From contig CM060732.1 in NCBI GenBank assembly GCA_030704615.1, positions 77,810,001 through 77,874,000 of the forward strand: a stretch of DNA of 64,000 nt, read 5' to 3'. A program made the position numbers and the translations under genes. The DNA comes from Takakia lepidozioides (taxonomy: Eukaryota > Plantae > Bryophyta). Positions 12,779-24,715 of this stretch are shown piece after piece. Position 1 is the stretch's first letter. The number at the start of each line of letters is the position of its first letter. The notes beneath the pieces were generated by a model. It searched no databases and was not told the origin of the DNA. It was given only the letters and a program-made list of their open reading frames with translations.

Positions 12779-15751
12779 AGCAGTGTTGCTGGATGCAGCT
12801 GCAGTAGGGTCACGGGCTCATCGCCCACGACTATGGTGGACCAACTTGCCAAGACCGCACTTGATGTATACTGGCCATCACCTTGGCCCGAGAATCACCC
12901 ATCAATGGCACATTCTCCAAGATATATGTCGGAGAGTCTGTCTGCTGAAGCTGTAAATAGCGCAGGACCCTCAACATCTCCCAAAACAGGCGTGACCTTG
13001 AGTCTTGTAACCCATTGTCATACCCAGCTGATGAAAGCCCTTGGCAGGGCCAACCTGCCACTACTAAGTGAATATGGCCAATCCGCTCCAAATCATGCGC
13101 CCCCAGCAAGGAGATGTCTCCTGGCAAGGCTTGTTGGTATCCACGAACTGCAGACACTGGCAATAAATCAGGGTACTGTTGCACCAACTAAGCAACATGG
13201 CGCAGTGAGACGCATCGTGCAGTCTCATCCCTCTCCACATATAGGTAACGTCGAACTCGTACACCTGCCTGCAGCACTGCAGCCAATCCAGTACTAATCC
13301 CGCCAAACAAGTCCAGAAGGCATATGCCTTCATCCGGGCACTGCCACACAAGATGTGTGGTGTCCAATGGCGACAACTAAGGTGGTCCTGGTGCAATCAC
13401 CGCACTCTCCTCCTCTCCTGACGATACAAAGGCCTCTACCCAGGCTTGTTGCACCCGTCTATCAGTAGCATGCTGCAAATCCTTGCTTGTACCCCACAAT
13501 GGAATGTGAGCAACCATGGCAGGCAACTCCGCCGTACCATGCATGTCATCCTGCTCTGCTGGAGGTGGCACATTCTCTGCATGGGCATTGCCCTCCAGCA
13601 ACTCTCCAGGCCAACTAACTGCAGCTGTGAAGGCTGCTAGTGTTGGCATCTTGCCCCATTGGGCAGCAGCAACACCCCAATGAACGTCACAGGGAGCTGT
13701 ACACGACGACCATCCCCTGACTGCCATCCAGGCCTGTAGGATGCTGACTCCTCCCAAAAATCCAGGGTGAAGTCCATGGGATACAACACTGCCTCACCAA
13801 CAAGGACATCGTAAGAGACCGCGTCTGTCACAATGGCCTTGGCTCGCATCACTGAGCCATCTATAGGATGATCCGGCTGTAGTCTAATGGCCAACTCACA
13901 TGTCATGCCCCGAGCCTTCTCTGATCCTCCCAGAGATGTTTGTATCTGGAAAAGACAAGGCTCCATATCCGCCTCCATGAGGCCCAAACCTGCAATAGCA
14001 GCTCTGCCCAACACAAGTGGCTGAGCTCCCGAGTCCAACAAGACCCGCAGTGGCCGGTACCTCTTGCCTGCCGGTTCACTCAAAGAGAAAATGTCATCCT
14101 AGATGTCTAACAAGACAACTCCAGGTGTCACCATGGCGCGCTCAAAGGCTGGCCTAGCTGGCAGCTCCGTCAACCTGGCAGCTGCAGCTTGCCATGACGC
14201 AGTTGTGGCAGTCTTGACCCTCAATTCCACTAATTCCGCAGAAGTGTTGCTACTAGTCTGAACACTGCAGCTGGTCTTACCCCCGGCGTCGCAATCATGG
14301 TTGCCGAGAACAGTGGGGCCTGACACACAGAGGTGGCCGCCCCCAACAACACACTGGCTACACTAGCCTTAGCAGCAGGTGTCAGTGCTGCACGTGTAGC
14401 TCTCCCCAATGACACAATAACATCTGCCTCGGTATCCATCGGGCGAGAACTAGGTGCCATGGATGGCGTCGACACTATCTCCGCCAAGATGAATGATTGA
14501 GGCAACCTAGCCTGACGACTTGCCTCCCCACGGTGTGGATCCAACTCCACCTCTGCACCTCGTGGCTCAGGAACTCGTGCTGCTCTCGAGTGACGGCTGC
14601 AGTAGACTCCATCTGCACTAGTGGTAGTGCTGCCCCACACATAAATCCCATGCCTCCCATGTCTCCTCCGTCAGGATGACGCTGCTGAGGAGGAATAGAG
14701 GTGGACCCTCAGGTCTTCAAGCTGGTACCACCTGAGCTGTGGCCATGGCAGCAAGCCTTTGCTCTAGCTGCTGAAGCCGGTTGGCCATACCTTGGTCAAC
14801 GCCCTAACCTCCACGTCCTTGGCCATATTGTGCTTGCCCTCGTTCTGCACCTCGTGCCTGACCACCTCGTCCTCTTTGAGGTGCTCCACCTTGCCCTCGG
14901 CCACCATTGTTCCCTTGGAACTGGCCTCGCCGCAACTCAGGGTGCAAGTCATAACACTGGGCATCTCTATGCCCATACTTGCCACAATGCCCACACTGCA
15001 ACTGTGCAGGCTGTGCTTGTGCCGGCCTTTTGCCACTCTCTGGGCAATCTTTCTTGACATGAGGTCCTTCACATGTCCAACATATCACCCCTGGTTGCTG
15101 TTGGGTTGCAAAAGATGCTATTGGCCTCTGCACCTGAGGTCCTTTGTAAGCTCCATGGAATTTGGGTTGGGAAACCTTGCCCCCCTGACCACGCTGTGGG
15201 GCAGTCCCTTGTGCCTATTGGCTGGCAGTTGCGCCTCGTGCAGGCATGTCCTTGCCAAATCCAATGGTAACAACTCGCTCCTCCACCATGTTGAGCTCAA
15301 TCCGCTCAGCCAGCAGAAACACATCTGCTAATGTGGGTTGGGCTGTTTGTAACAGGGTTGCATCCCACACCCTTTTTCTGAGCTCCTTGTCCAAAATTCC
15401 ATACCAGAACTGGATTGCCTGAGCTTCAGTAACCCCCTGGGTCACACTTATCAAGCGTCTCATACGAGTGTAGGCCTCTCGCATGCTCTCACTGGATTTG
15501 CGCTGGAAGTCTTGCAAACTTCGCAGCTTCTCTGTCCATACACCTTGTAGTTCCTCAGCAACTCCTGGAAGAACTCCACCACCGGGCTGAATCTAGGCAC
15601 ATGTGTTGTAGTCGTGGAGGGAGGAGTAGTAGCACCTTCTGCAGAAGTACCGACACTACTTGTTCCACTACTAGTGCTGGCCGTGGGAGATATTGGTGCT
15701 GATGCCGCTACTGGTCGCGTTGTGCCTCGAGTAATGGAGACGTAGTCAGGT
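12779..15751 (-). mobile_element. Internal fragment (gag-PR-DNMT N-terminal half) of the methyltransferase-encoding Gypsy family; no LTRs
   Basis: Collinear with 48500-51545: CWTCEGPHVKKDC, CGHCGKYGHRDAQC, VLLDSGAQP, LLDLFGGI, AGWPCQG, YILENV. Confidence 0.92.
12848..13330 (-). pseudogene. C5-cytosine methyltransferase domain, motifs I-VI (copy 1)
   Basis: ICLLDLFGGISTG..YVERD..GDISLL..LVVAGWPCQGLS..RSRLFWEMLRVL..YILENV. Confidence 0.9.
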
Positions 15752-17045
15752 TTGTTCTTCTGATGTCGCATTGTCCACACCACACTGTTCGTATGTATCC
15801 ACTTTGGTGGATCAGATTCATTGAACTCCCAAGCTTTGTCCCAGCAGTTTCTATACTTGTCCACGTCCTCCACTGCAGCACCTTTAGGTCTCTACCACTT
15901 TAGAAGGACTTGCCGATATCTCTCATCTGAACGGTCACGAACAACATCAGAGATTGCCACACCCATCCAAACTGGATATGTCTCTGTGTCCGGTGGTTGA
16001 ACAAATACGAAGTTTCCAATTTCAATATATTTGAATGGGGTCATCGGCTCTTTAGGTCTCTGACTCTTTGGCCCACAATAGGGATCTAGCTGGTTGCGAT
16101 CTTCCTCCTCTGACTCCTCCTGACTCTCACATTCAACCCTAATCCCATCTTTGTCATGGTTATCTTTCCACATTGTCGAAGGCCAAAATCCCTCCTCCAG
16201 CTTGTCCTTTGGCTCAGGCAATGGCTTACCAAGTTCAATAAGAACATCCTTCCAATACTCATCGTAGTTCTTCATGATATTTTCGTAGTTCTTGTCAAGA
16301 TCCATCCCAAGTCTCCAAAATTCGGGGTACTTCGAAAGGCCATTTTTTGTCCCTAGGGCGTCTGGCTTTATTCCCCAAATAGGCTGCAGTGGAACACGTT
16401 CCGGGATCCCCTGGGGTAGCAGGGGAGACATCCCATCATCAGCAACTTTCCACATTTTGACTGTACCCTGCTTCGGAAGCCAGTCAGCGTTGGTTGCCGA
16501 TTTCTTATACTTCATTACAGGCCAACCGTCACAATCCACATAGAACTTGAAGATGTGCCGATTAGCGCATCGCTCCCATCAATAATATATCCATCCACAA
16601 ACTTCTTGATGTTTGCGACCTCCTGTATCAGTTGAGGGATAAATGACAGGTTTTGAGACTCCATAAAGAGGCGCATGAGATCCGGAATGATATATGTGCT
16701 CTTCTGTTTCAACTTCTTCGACAGATAACTATAGTATGCATCAATATCCTTGTGGGTGTGACCAACCATCAGGAATCCAAGCTAGATCTCTTCAAAAACA
16801 CCTCTCGCCGTCAAGAGTGATAAAAAGCAAGCATCCAGCGATTTTTGTTCTCTCTTGAAGAATTGTCCATTTGCAGTCGACGGGTAATGGCTTGGCTCGA
16901 ACAGGGCCTTGGGATACCCTAGGCTTCAGTGCTTTCTCACATCGAGACTTTTCCCTCATTAGGGTTTCGAAAAAGGAGTTCTGCATTGGATGATCAAAAA
17001 TTTCTCTTGAGTCTTGACACGTGGGCTTCTCAAGAGCGCGAAGTG
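15752..17045 (-). pseudogene. Sola-like DDD transposase, catalytic and C-terminal fragment
   Basis: Reconstructed across a frameshift and a stop: LQMDNSSRENKNRWMLAF(L)SLLTARGVFEEI*LGFLMVGHTHKDIDAYYSYLS, followed by ORFs 15892-16539. Confidence 0.65.
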
Positions 17046-17374
17046 GAAAATTATCCCATCATCTTGAGCAAATCATTTCCAATTTGTCTGGAACTCTATT
17101 TTTCTGTTTATCTTTTTCCGCCCATAGGAGATCACAGAACGGGAGACCTCCCATGATCCCTTAGTATTATTTGCATATGTGGTGTGCATAGATTCTATCT
17201 TGCACAATCCAGAATTGTTTTGTGGATTCTCACTTAAGGGTGAGGCGACTATAAAGGGAGATATCCTGTCATCCTGCGGAGTGTTGCCGCATTTGATATA
17301 TTCATCTTTTCTACTTTTTTTGCTTCCCATTTTTTACTCGAGGGCATAGCTGGGGAGATCTCCCGTGGCTGAAG

Positions 17375-18357
17375 ATGGTTACCACCTGTGGACAGTTGTC
17401 TGTCAGAGAAACCGTGAATTTAATCCAACTTGTCGGCTCTCCAGTTCCCAGAATTGTCGCTGAGGGTACATATCTAAATACGTCTGGAGAGGGATTTTGT
17501 CATGGCAGACGTCTCTCTAGTAGTTTAGTGAGCGTCATATTGAAAACCGTGATACATGGAATGGAGTCAATTAGCTTGCCGTATTCACATCTAGACGCAG
17601 AGACTCTTGGAGAAGCCCTGGGAACACCGATTGTCTGGAAAGTTAGTGAAGTTGAGAAACTTGTGCAAATGGAGGGTGAGGTGTGCTTGTTCGATGCTGG
17701 AGCAAGCACGAATGTTTTGGAGGATACAATACAGAAGGACAATACAGATGGTGTTGAAGGCGCAGGAACAAAAGTTTCACAAGAGACAACAAAATAGAAG
17801 CGTGTCGAGTGTCAGAAAGGTGCAAATCATATATTCGGAAGAGATACTTGGCGTAATCAGATGTGCAATTTTATCAATGACGAGATGGACGTCATCGCTG
17901 AGGGACGGGTTGTGGCGTGTCTACCTGACGAAGTTATTCTCGGTGAAAACCTTGGGGAGGAGCATGTCGGTGTAATTGTTATAGTTGTCTCTGGGTCAGC
18001 TCAGGATATGCTAATGACCATTACGAAATGACGGCTACACATACAAAACTTCGAGACGGCCAAAAACTATCAGAGTTGCTCACAAAGTTTTATGAAGAGC
18101 ACGAGTCAGACATGGAGGATGACCACCTACCTTATAATGGAATGAGTTGAGGTCTGTGAGAAGGCGTGGTGGACAATCCATGGGATCGGAAGGTCAACGT
18201 ACCATGGATACAAGAGGAAGAGTAATGATGGATACATCTCGTCAATGCATGGAAATAGAGGAATGAAGAAAACCCGAGCAAAAACCCTGCAGGCCAAGGC
18301 GAATTTGTTTATGCTGATTTCCAGAAACAGTGACCTCATGCCTCATAAAATGAGAGA
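17375..18357 (+). pseudogene. Probable N-terminal part of the same DNA-transposon gene, with Tnp1/En-Spm-like repeats
   Basis: IVAEG..CHGRRL..VSV..LPY..TLGEALGTPIVW; a second VIAEGRVV..GENLGEEHVGV repeat; HGNRGMKK...SDLMPHKMR. Confidence 0.5.
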
Positions 18358-19087
18358 TATCGCTCCCGTCACATTCAATGGTATAACTAGAGAAGACGAA
18401 GATAGATAAATGAGATTCAGATTAGAGCGACAAAACAAAGAGAAAGTCTAATGGAACAACACCTCTTTGCTGTGCCTGGCTAAAAAGCAGATACTGCGTG
18501 AGTTCAGTGTGACACTCTTCTGGAAAATACTGATAGAGAATGACTAACAAACATGCAGAGATGAAACACCACTCTCCGTCCTTCCACCACCCTTCCACCA
18601 CTCTTCAGTCAAATCCAGCACCTGCACTCCACAATTCGGCAGGACTTCGCCGAGACTGAATGAATCGAGAGGGAAGATCTTGGCACCCTTATATAGACCC
18701 GCATTTGCATGCTGGGGCATGAGGCCAACCGTACCCATACATGAGGCTTGTACAACAAGGGGAATCGTTTCATTAATTACTTGCCATAATGACTGTGACG
18801 GGGGGCCACCCGTACCCGACAGTACGACTTCTGCATGGCTGCCACGTGGATGGATATCATCTATGATGTACCTGCATGACGACATCAATGTAATCAGTAC
18901 CGTCCAAGGAGATCCCAGATATAATCTGAGCCGTCGGATTCGATGGATGCCGCATGACCATGATGACGCTGCGCCGCGCCACGGGAGCTCTCCCTTCGCA
19001 GCATTCATGGAAAGTAAGATTCGTCGTAGCGTACCGCAGCACCGCCGCTGCATTCAGTAATGTTGATGCCACCGCATTATGGCCGGC

Positions 19088-20080
19088 TGTCGCGCGGCTT
19101 TTACTCACCCATCCCTTCGCTATCCGAGGTGGGAACTCCAAGATAGAAGAGTTGGAAATCTCTAAGCACTCAGCCCGCTCAGAACAATCAGTCATGACCT
19201 ACAGCTAGTGTATCATGGGGGTGTTTCCTATTTGTATTCCTTCCCGTATTCATGTTAGCTAGTTACCTTACTGTTGGTATTTAAGTATCAGATTGCTTCA
19301 GCAATCTATCGGATTCCATCAACTCATCCATTCATTCCACAGCTTCACTCAGATCTCTCTACACAGTGTAAGTATGAAGTATGTATCAGATTAATATCTA
19401 TCAAGTATGAGGCTGAAGCCATGGAGTCTCTAATCTGCTCTACATTACAACTCTACTGCTTGCATTCATGAAGCATCAATAGATCGTTCTCCTCCTCCTC
19501 CGTGCTCTCCTCTTTCTACTCAGAGATGCGCTCTCCGCTTCATTTCCCCCAGTGATGTCCGAAGTCCCCCCAAGAAGCGATCCTCTCCCCCCGAAGTGAT
19601 CCCCTGAGATGTCCCCGCTTCCCGCTTTATCTCTTTACTAGCCGTTCTAACCGCTTTCCTAACTAACCGTTATCTCTGTAGTACACGTTCATTTTTCAGA
19701 TGTCGTTCCCCCACAGTCGTTCCCTGCCAATGGTAACTGTTCCCCAGATGTGCCGAGCTGTGACTGGCTATATCAGGCTGTGGCTGTGGGCTGCTGGCTG
19801 TGGGCTGTGTAGGGCTGTGCGAAGCTGTGGCGGCTGTCGGGCGGCTGTGACGGGCTGTGTTGGCTGTGACGGGCTGTGTTGACTGTGACTGGCTATGTTG
19901 ACTGTGACTGGCTGTGTTGGCTGTGTCGGGCTGTGATAGACTGTGTTGGACTGTATATCTCCCCTCTTAAAGCCTGTTGCTGTCACCCCTAAGGCTCCTG
20001 TTGGTCTCAGTCTATGTAAAAAATTAAGGGTACCCCACAGATCCCGTAAAAGCGTCTAAGTCCCAAGCAGCCCTCTAACA
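19088..20080 (-). repeat. 3' LTR, copy A, containing (GCTGTG)-type tandem repeats
   Basis: TGTCGCGCGG...CCTCTAACA; repeat tract about 19755-19950. Confidence 0.93.
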
Positions 20081-20122
20081 TTTACCCCTCCTCCTCTCAA
20101 AAAGCCGTGTCCTCACGGTTTA

Positions 20123-23100
20123 CTATTTGGGATTAGCAAACCTTTGTGAGCGAGCACCCTTGTGACGTTGAGAGTCTCGTGAAGGACTCCGTGTGCGAGC
20201 CCGTGTCCTGTCACTGGTTGAGGGAGATGATTGAACACTACCTAGATATGTCAGTCCCTCTGGAGGCTGATATCGAGGTAATCTTTCTGGCATAGGAGAC
20301 CCCCGTCGCTTCTTCTCTGCCATCTGAATTGCATAGTCCTCTGCCATGTCAAAAGAGTCCGTTGAAGAACCAGTAGTATCAGAATCCTCATCGCCTCTCA
20401 GGTGTTTTAACGGCCGAACTTTTTGTGGAATCCTCTGGGGCATACAATTGTTCCCCACCATGTCTGGAAGTTTAAACTGCAAAACTTGCTGTAAGCGCTG
20501 AATGGCAAAATTGGTGAAGACCTTGAACTCCTTGTCTGTCCATGTGTGAGTGTGTACCAATGACTTGTGAATTGTGCAAGTATTTCCATGCCTCATGCCC
20601 CTTAAAGAAAATATCGTCAGGGCCGAATTTCTGTGTTGACAAATTGTTCCAGGCCGCATGAAACCATGAACGAATCTGAGAATCCTTTTGCATCATAACT
20701 TTTGCCTCATATAGGTACATATGAGGTGGCACTGAAGGTAAGACCCAAATATCCCCACTGGAATAACTCAGAAATCGCGATTGCATTTTCTGCTGCTCAA
20801 TGTGATAACGTGCCAGAAAGCAAGCAGCATAGTATAACCCGCAGCCCATGACAATACTTGCTACCTCCTTGGTCTTGGTATAAATGAATCCATGTACAAC
20901 TTGGAAGACAATTAATTCCTTCAACATGGTACTTGCCTCATGCAAGTACCTTGCAAAGTGATGATCCTGAATTGGTCGATTGTTCGGAAGAACCTTAGTC
21001 CTAGTTGCCACTGGCAGCCAAATGCGCATGATCTGGTAGTAATGTGCTAACGACTGCGGAGGACTAAATTCCTTCCAAGATAAATCCAACACAATGGGAA
21101 TTTGGTTGAAGGGCATAATCATAGCCCGACTATACTCCCGTGCATCATGAGTTTTAGGTGGGTTAAAAGCAGCATCCCCCCATACCTCAGGTTGTGGTGG
21201 CTGTGGTGTGGTTGTAGTAACAACAGGGTCAGCTACTGTCACAGTGTCTTGTTGTGGTCTTGGTAGCACTGGCTCTTGTACCACTGGCATCTCCTGCACC
21301 CCCTGCGAAGAAGACTGAAAAGCCAAAGTTCTGGCATGTAAATAAGAAGCCACCAGCTGCTCCTCAGGTACAAAGACTCTCTTGTCTATATTTGAAGTGA
21401 GGTCTTCCACCTGAGTCTGCAGGCCGTCTACATCCTCTTGTAGCTCCGCTATCCTACTATAGACATTGTCTATATAAGTTGTGGCAATGTTTTGCACTTG
21501 CAGTCTGAGCTCATTCATCTCTCCTTGGGTGAGCTTCCGTGGTGCTTTGCCTTCCACCGGCCCTTGTGCTAACCAGACCTGTATAAGGTGGTTATCCACC
21601 AAGTTGTTTGTGACACCCCTGAGAGTCTGCTCCTGTGTGAGCCTGTACACATCTATCTGCTGCTGTAAAGCCTCCATGCGCTTCGCATGAGGTTCAACCA
21701 AACTCGCATATGCAGCAGCCAGATTATTGGCTTCCTTCCAAGCCTTATTAGCCACAGAAAGTTCATTTCTATTGGACATGAGCGTTTGTTGCAATTCCAG
21801 GATGTACCTCTCTTGGTCAGCTTCAACCTGCCTGTATTTTGAAAGTATTCTCGTTGCGACAGATTGTATTCTTCATATCAATAATGAGTTTCGTCTGCTC
21901 GAGATTATCAGCCTGTGCCTTCATACATCTTTCCGCTTGGTTGTTAACTTCTAATGTAGTTTGCTCAAGCGTAGTTGTGAGTGTAGCACATTGTATGGCC
22001 ATCCTGTCATGCTCTGTCTGCAACTCCGTATGTAGTGCATTCACTTCTTGCAACTTGCTTTCATGCTTCACCTGCATTTGGTATAGCTGTTGCTTATGTG
22101 CTTCGTGCAACTGGTCTTGCGCGAGGCCTGCCTCAATCAATTGTTCCTTGGCCAATTGCAAAGCAGCTTTTGTACTCTCTAAGTCTTGCTGTATCTTGAG
22201 AGTGACCTCCTCATCGACCTTGTTTGCACACTCAGTGGCACGTCGAGCCTCAAACTCCTTCCTGAGTTCCTCCCTCAAAGCTGTTAATTGGGTAGTTGGA
22301 ACATGAGATTTGACATAAGTGCCCAACAAATTAAGTGTCATGCTTATAGAACTCATAAGCATGGCCTGTTGAGGGTAATCATGGTGAGCTTGCTGCTGTT
22401 CTCCCTGATCCTCAACAGTGTGATGCCTCACAAACCATTCAGGCCATTGCCCCACCAGATTTTCTTCCTGAACCACTTCATCCGTCACAGGTGCTGCAGT
22501 GTCTTGACATTCTACCTGTGGTATCTCCGTCACAGGTGTGTGTATTATATGCACAGTAGGGTTTCCCCTGGACAACCGCTGCACCTCTGCAATCATTGTT
22601 TCCCTGACCAAGCCAGAATTTTCATAGAGAAGGTCCCCCTTCTCAATTTCTGCCACCACCTGTTCTGTAGTGGGGATATCTAACCCTTCTTTCTCCAAAT
22701 CAATTATTTGTGGTGGAACTGCATGGACAACTTGTGGTAACTCTGTGACAAGCCGATCATCTGGCTGTGATACTGAAGTAACTTCCTCTTCCCTCTCTGA
22801 AGGCCCTGCTTCCAATAATAGCAGCTCTTTGTGCTGCTGCGCCCCTTCCTGCACAAGAGCTTGGGAAACATTATCATGCGGTTTTCGTGAAGCCAGTGGA
22901 TCCGCCACTACAGTCTTTCCCCGCCTCTGTCTCTTAGACTGGGGTTGCCCTGCCAGTCCACCCTCACTGTGCGAAGAGCCTTGCTCTTCCATTGCAGTGG
23001 TTTCGGCCTCAAACACTCCCATCTCCTTTCTTTCCCGAGCATCAAGTATGCCCGAATCAAGAATTATTTGAGCAATGATTGGCCCAGACACTATGATAGG

Positions 23101-23669
23101 AGACTTTGCGGCAGTGCCCTGTAATCTTTTCATCTCCTCTACTAGTGCGTTGTACATTATGTCCGCCCATGCTACCTCTTCTCCTCTCAGGGCTTTGAGT
23201 ATTTCCTCTGTGAAGGATCTGCTCAAATACTGTTGGTTCTGTTTCATGGCAAACAGAACGTTCAATACCTGGCCTACCCTCCTTTAGCCCTGGGTACACG
23301 GCCTTGGTACAAGCATAACCCTGAGTTTTAAAAAGAAACTCCCTTCTGGAATAAGTCCCCTATTTGCAGTCTTGCCCTGTGCTCCTCCACATGCACCTGA
23401 CCTGATGGCAATTCAAACAATTGCTGTAGGTATAGGGGAGTAATCTCTAATTCAACTCCCTTCACCGTTGTTGCTCCTGTCCTAGGCCAAAGTTCTGCAA
23501 GAATTGTAACATGTACTGCTATGGTGTGCAATGTCCAATCTTTGCTTTGCAATCTTTCTAACCGCAGCTCCTTCAGTAACTGTACCGCTTGTGGAGTAGC
23601 AATCGTTTGTTTCTGCAGGATTGTGGTGCTCTTCACCCTGATTTCTTCCATTCCTCTCACTCTCTTCAT
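20123..23669 (-). pseudogene. Large extra 3' ORF (sense to pol) with coiled-coil, unknown function
   Basis: ORFs 23328-23840, 21823-23265, 20472-21794 and 20123-20659 are collinear with 41086-44637 in copy B. Confidence 0.8.
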
Positions 23670-24354
23670 TCTAGACCCACAGAAAGGTTTTGGCTGTAAC
23701 AATTGAAGAAATTCCTGCAGGGCACAAAGCATAAACGTATGGTTGCCACAAAATGCTATGGGTAATTTCTTGTAAGCCTGCGGGGCTTGCAAGCATCGAT
23801 TAAGAGAAAAGATACTCTCAGTTCTTCTATCCCGTGCCATTGCGTAAGTAGTATCGCGAGCGTATAGTCTGTTAGTTCCTCCATAGCTTCAATTCTATAG
23901 CATTGATGGTCTGTCCCGTCGAGACGCCCGTTACTTGGAACGACACCGACTCTTGCGCTTAAAATCCCTCCAATTTCTTGATCCTGCTTCTGGCTTATGA
24001 TTGGCTGTAACTGCTGTGACTGGATTTTAGATTTAATTTCCTTCCATGGATTTTCCACTCTGGACTGTCCACTAGGATAACATATGTGACATGGATTTTG
24101 CTTTTCGGTACTTTTAAAGGGTTCCATTACCCTTTCCCTGTATGCATTAATGGGCCTATAATAAGTTAATGTGCCGGGTAGGTACTTTGACGGCCAATTT
24201 TGTCTTCTTCCTTGATGACACTTGGCTTGCACCATGTCCGGCTGTGTGTGTCTCGCCTTGGCGTCCGCGTGTCTATTTTTAAACGTGCCTCCGTCCACTT
24301 TTCCGCTGGCCACTCTCCGGATGTTAACCCACGTCCACCTGTCACTGATCCTAT

Positions 24355-24690
24355 GGATTGTGTAACCCCAGTAGGCTGTGTTGAGCTGTGACAGGCTGTG
24401 TCATACTGTGGTACGTTATGATAGGCTGTGTGGCACTGTGGTAAGCTGTGATAGGCTGTGACACGCTGTGGTAGGTTGTGATAGGCTGTGTCGCGCCGTG
24501 ATGGGCTGTGATAGGCTGTGCCACTCTGTGATGGGCTGTGATAGGTTGTGTCGTGCCGCGATGGGCTGTGATAGGCTGTGCCACACTGTGATGGGCTGTG
24601 AAGGCTGTGGTTGCGCGTGATGGGCTGGATAGGCTGTGCCACACTGTGATGGGCTGTGATAGGCTGTGTTGCGCGCGTGATTGGCTGTGA
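24355..24690. repeat. ~30-bp tandem repeat (ATAGGCTGTG..GATGGGCTGTG) between pol and the extra ORF
   Basis: About 10 visible units; counterpart at 40520-40690. Confidence 0.85.
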
Positions 24691-24715
24691 TATTCGCGCT
24701 TGTATTGCCGCCTGG

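Noticed and set aside
15460-15873. 137-aa ORF
   Set aside because: Fortuitous fusion of the transposase tail and gag across the 15751 junction
18358-19087. Possible solo LTR (TATA near 18690 on the minus strand) hosting copy A, continuing at 31253
   Set aside because: No convincing second terminus or TSD found
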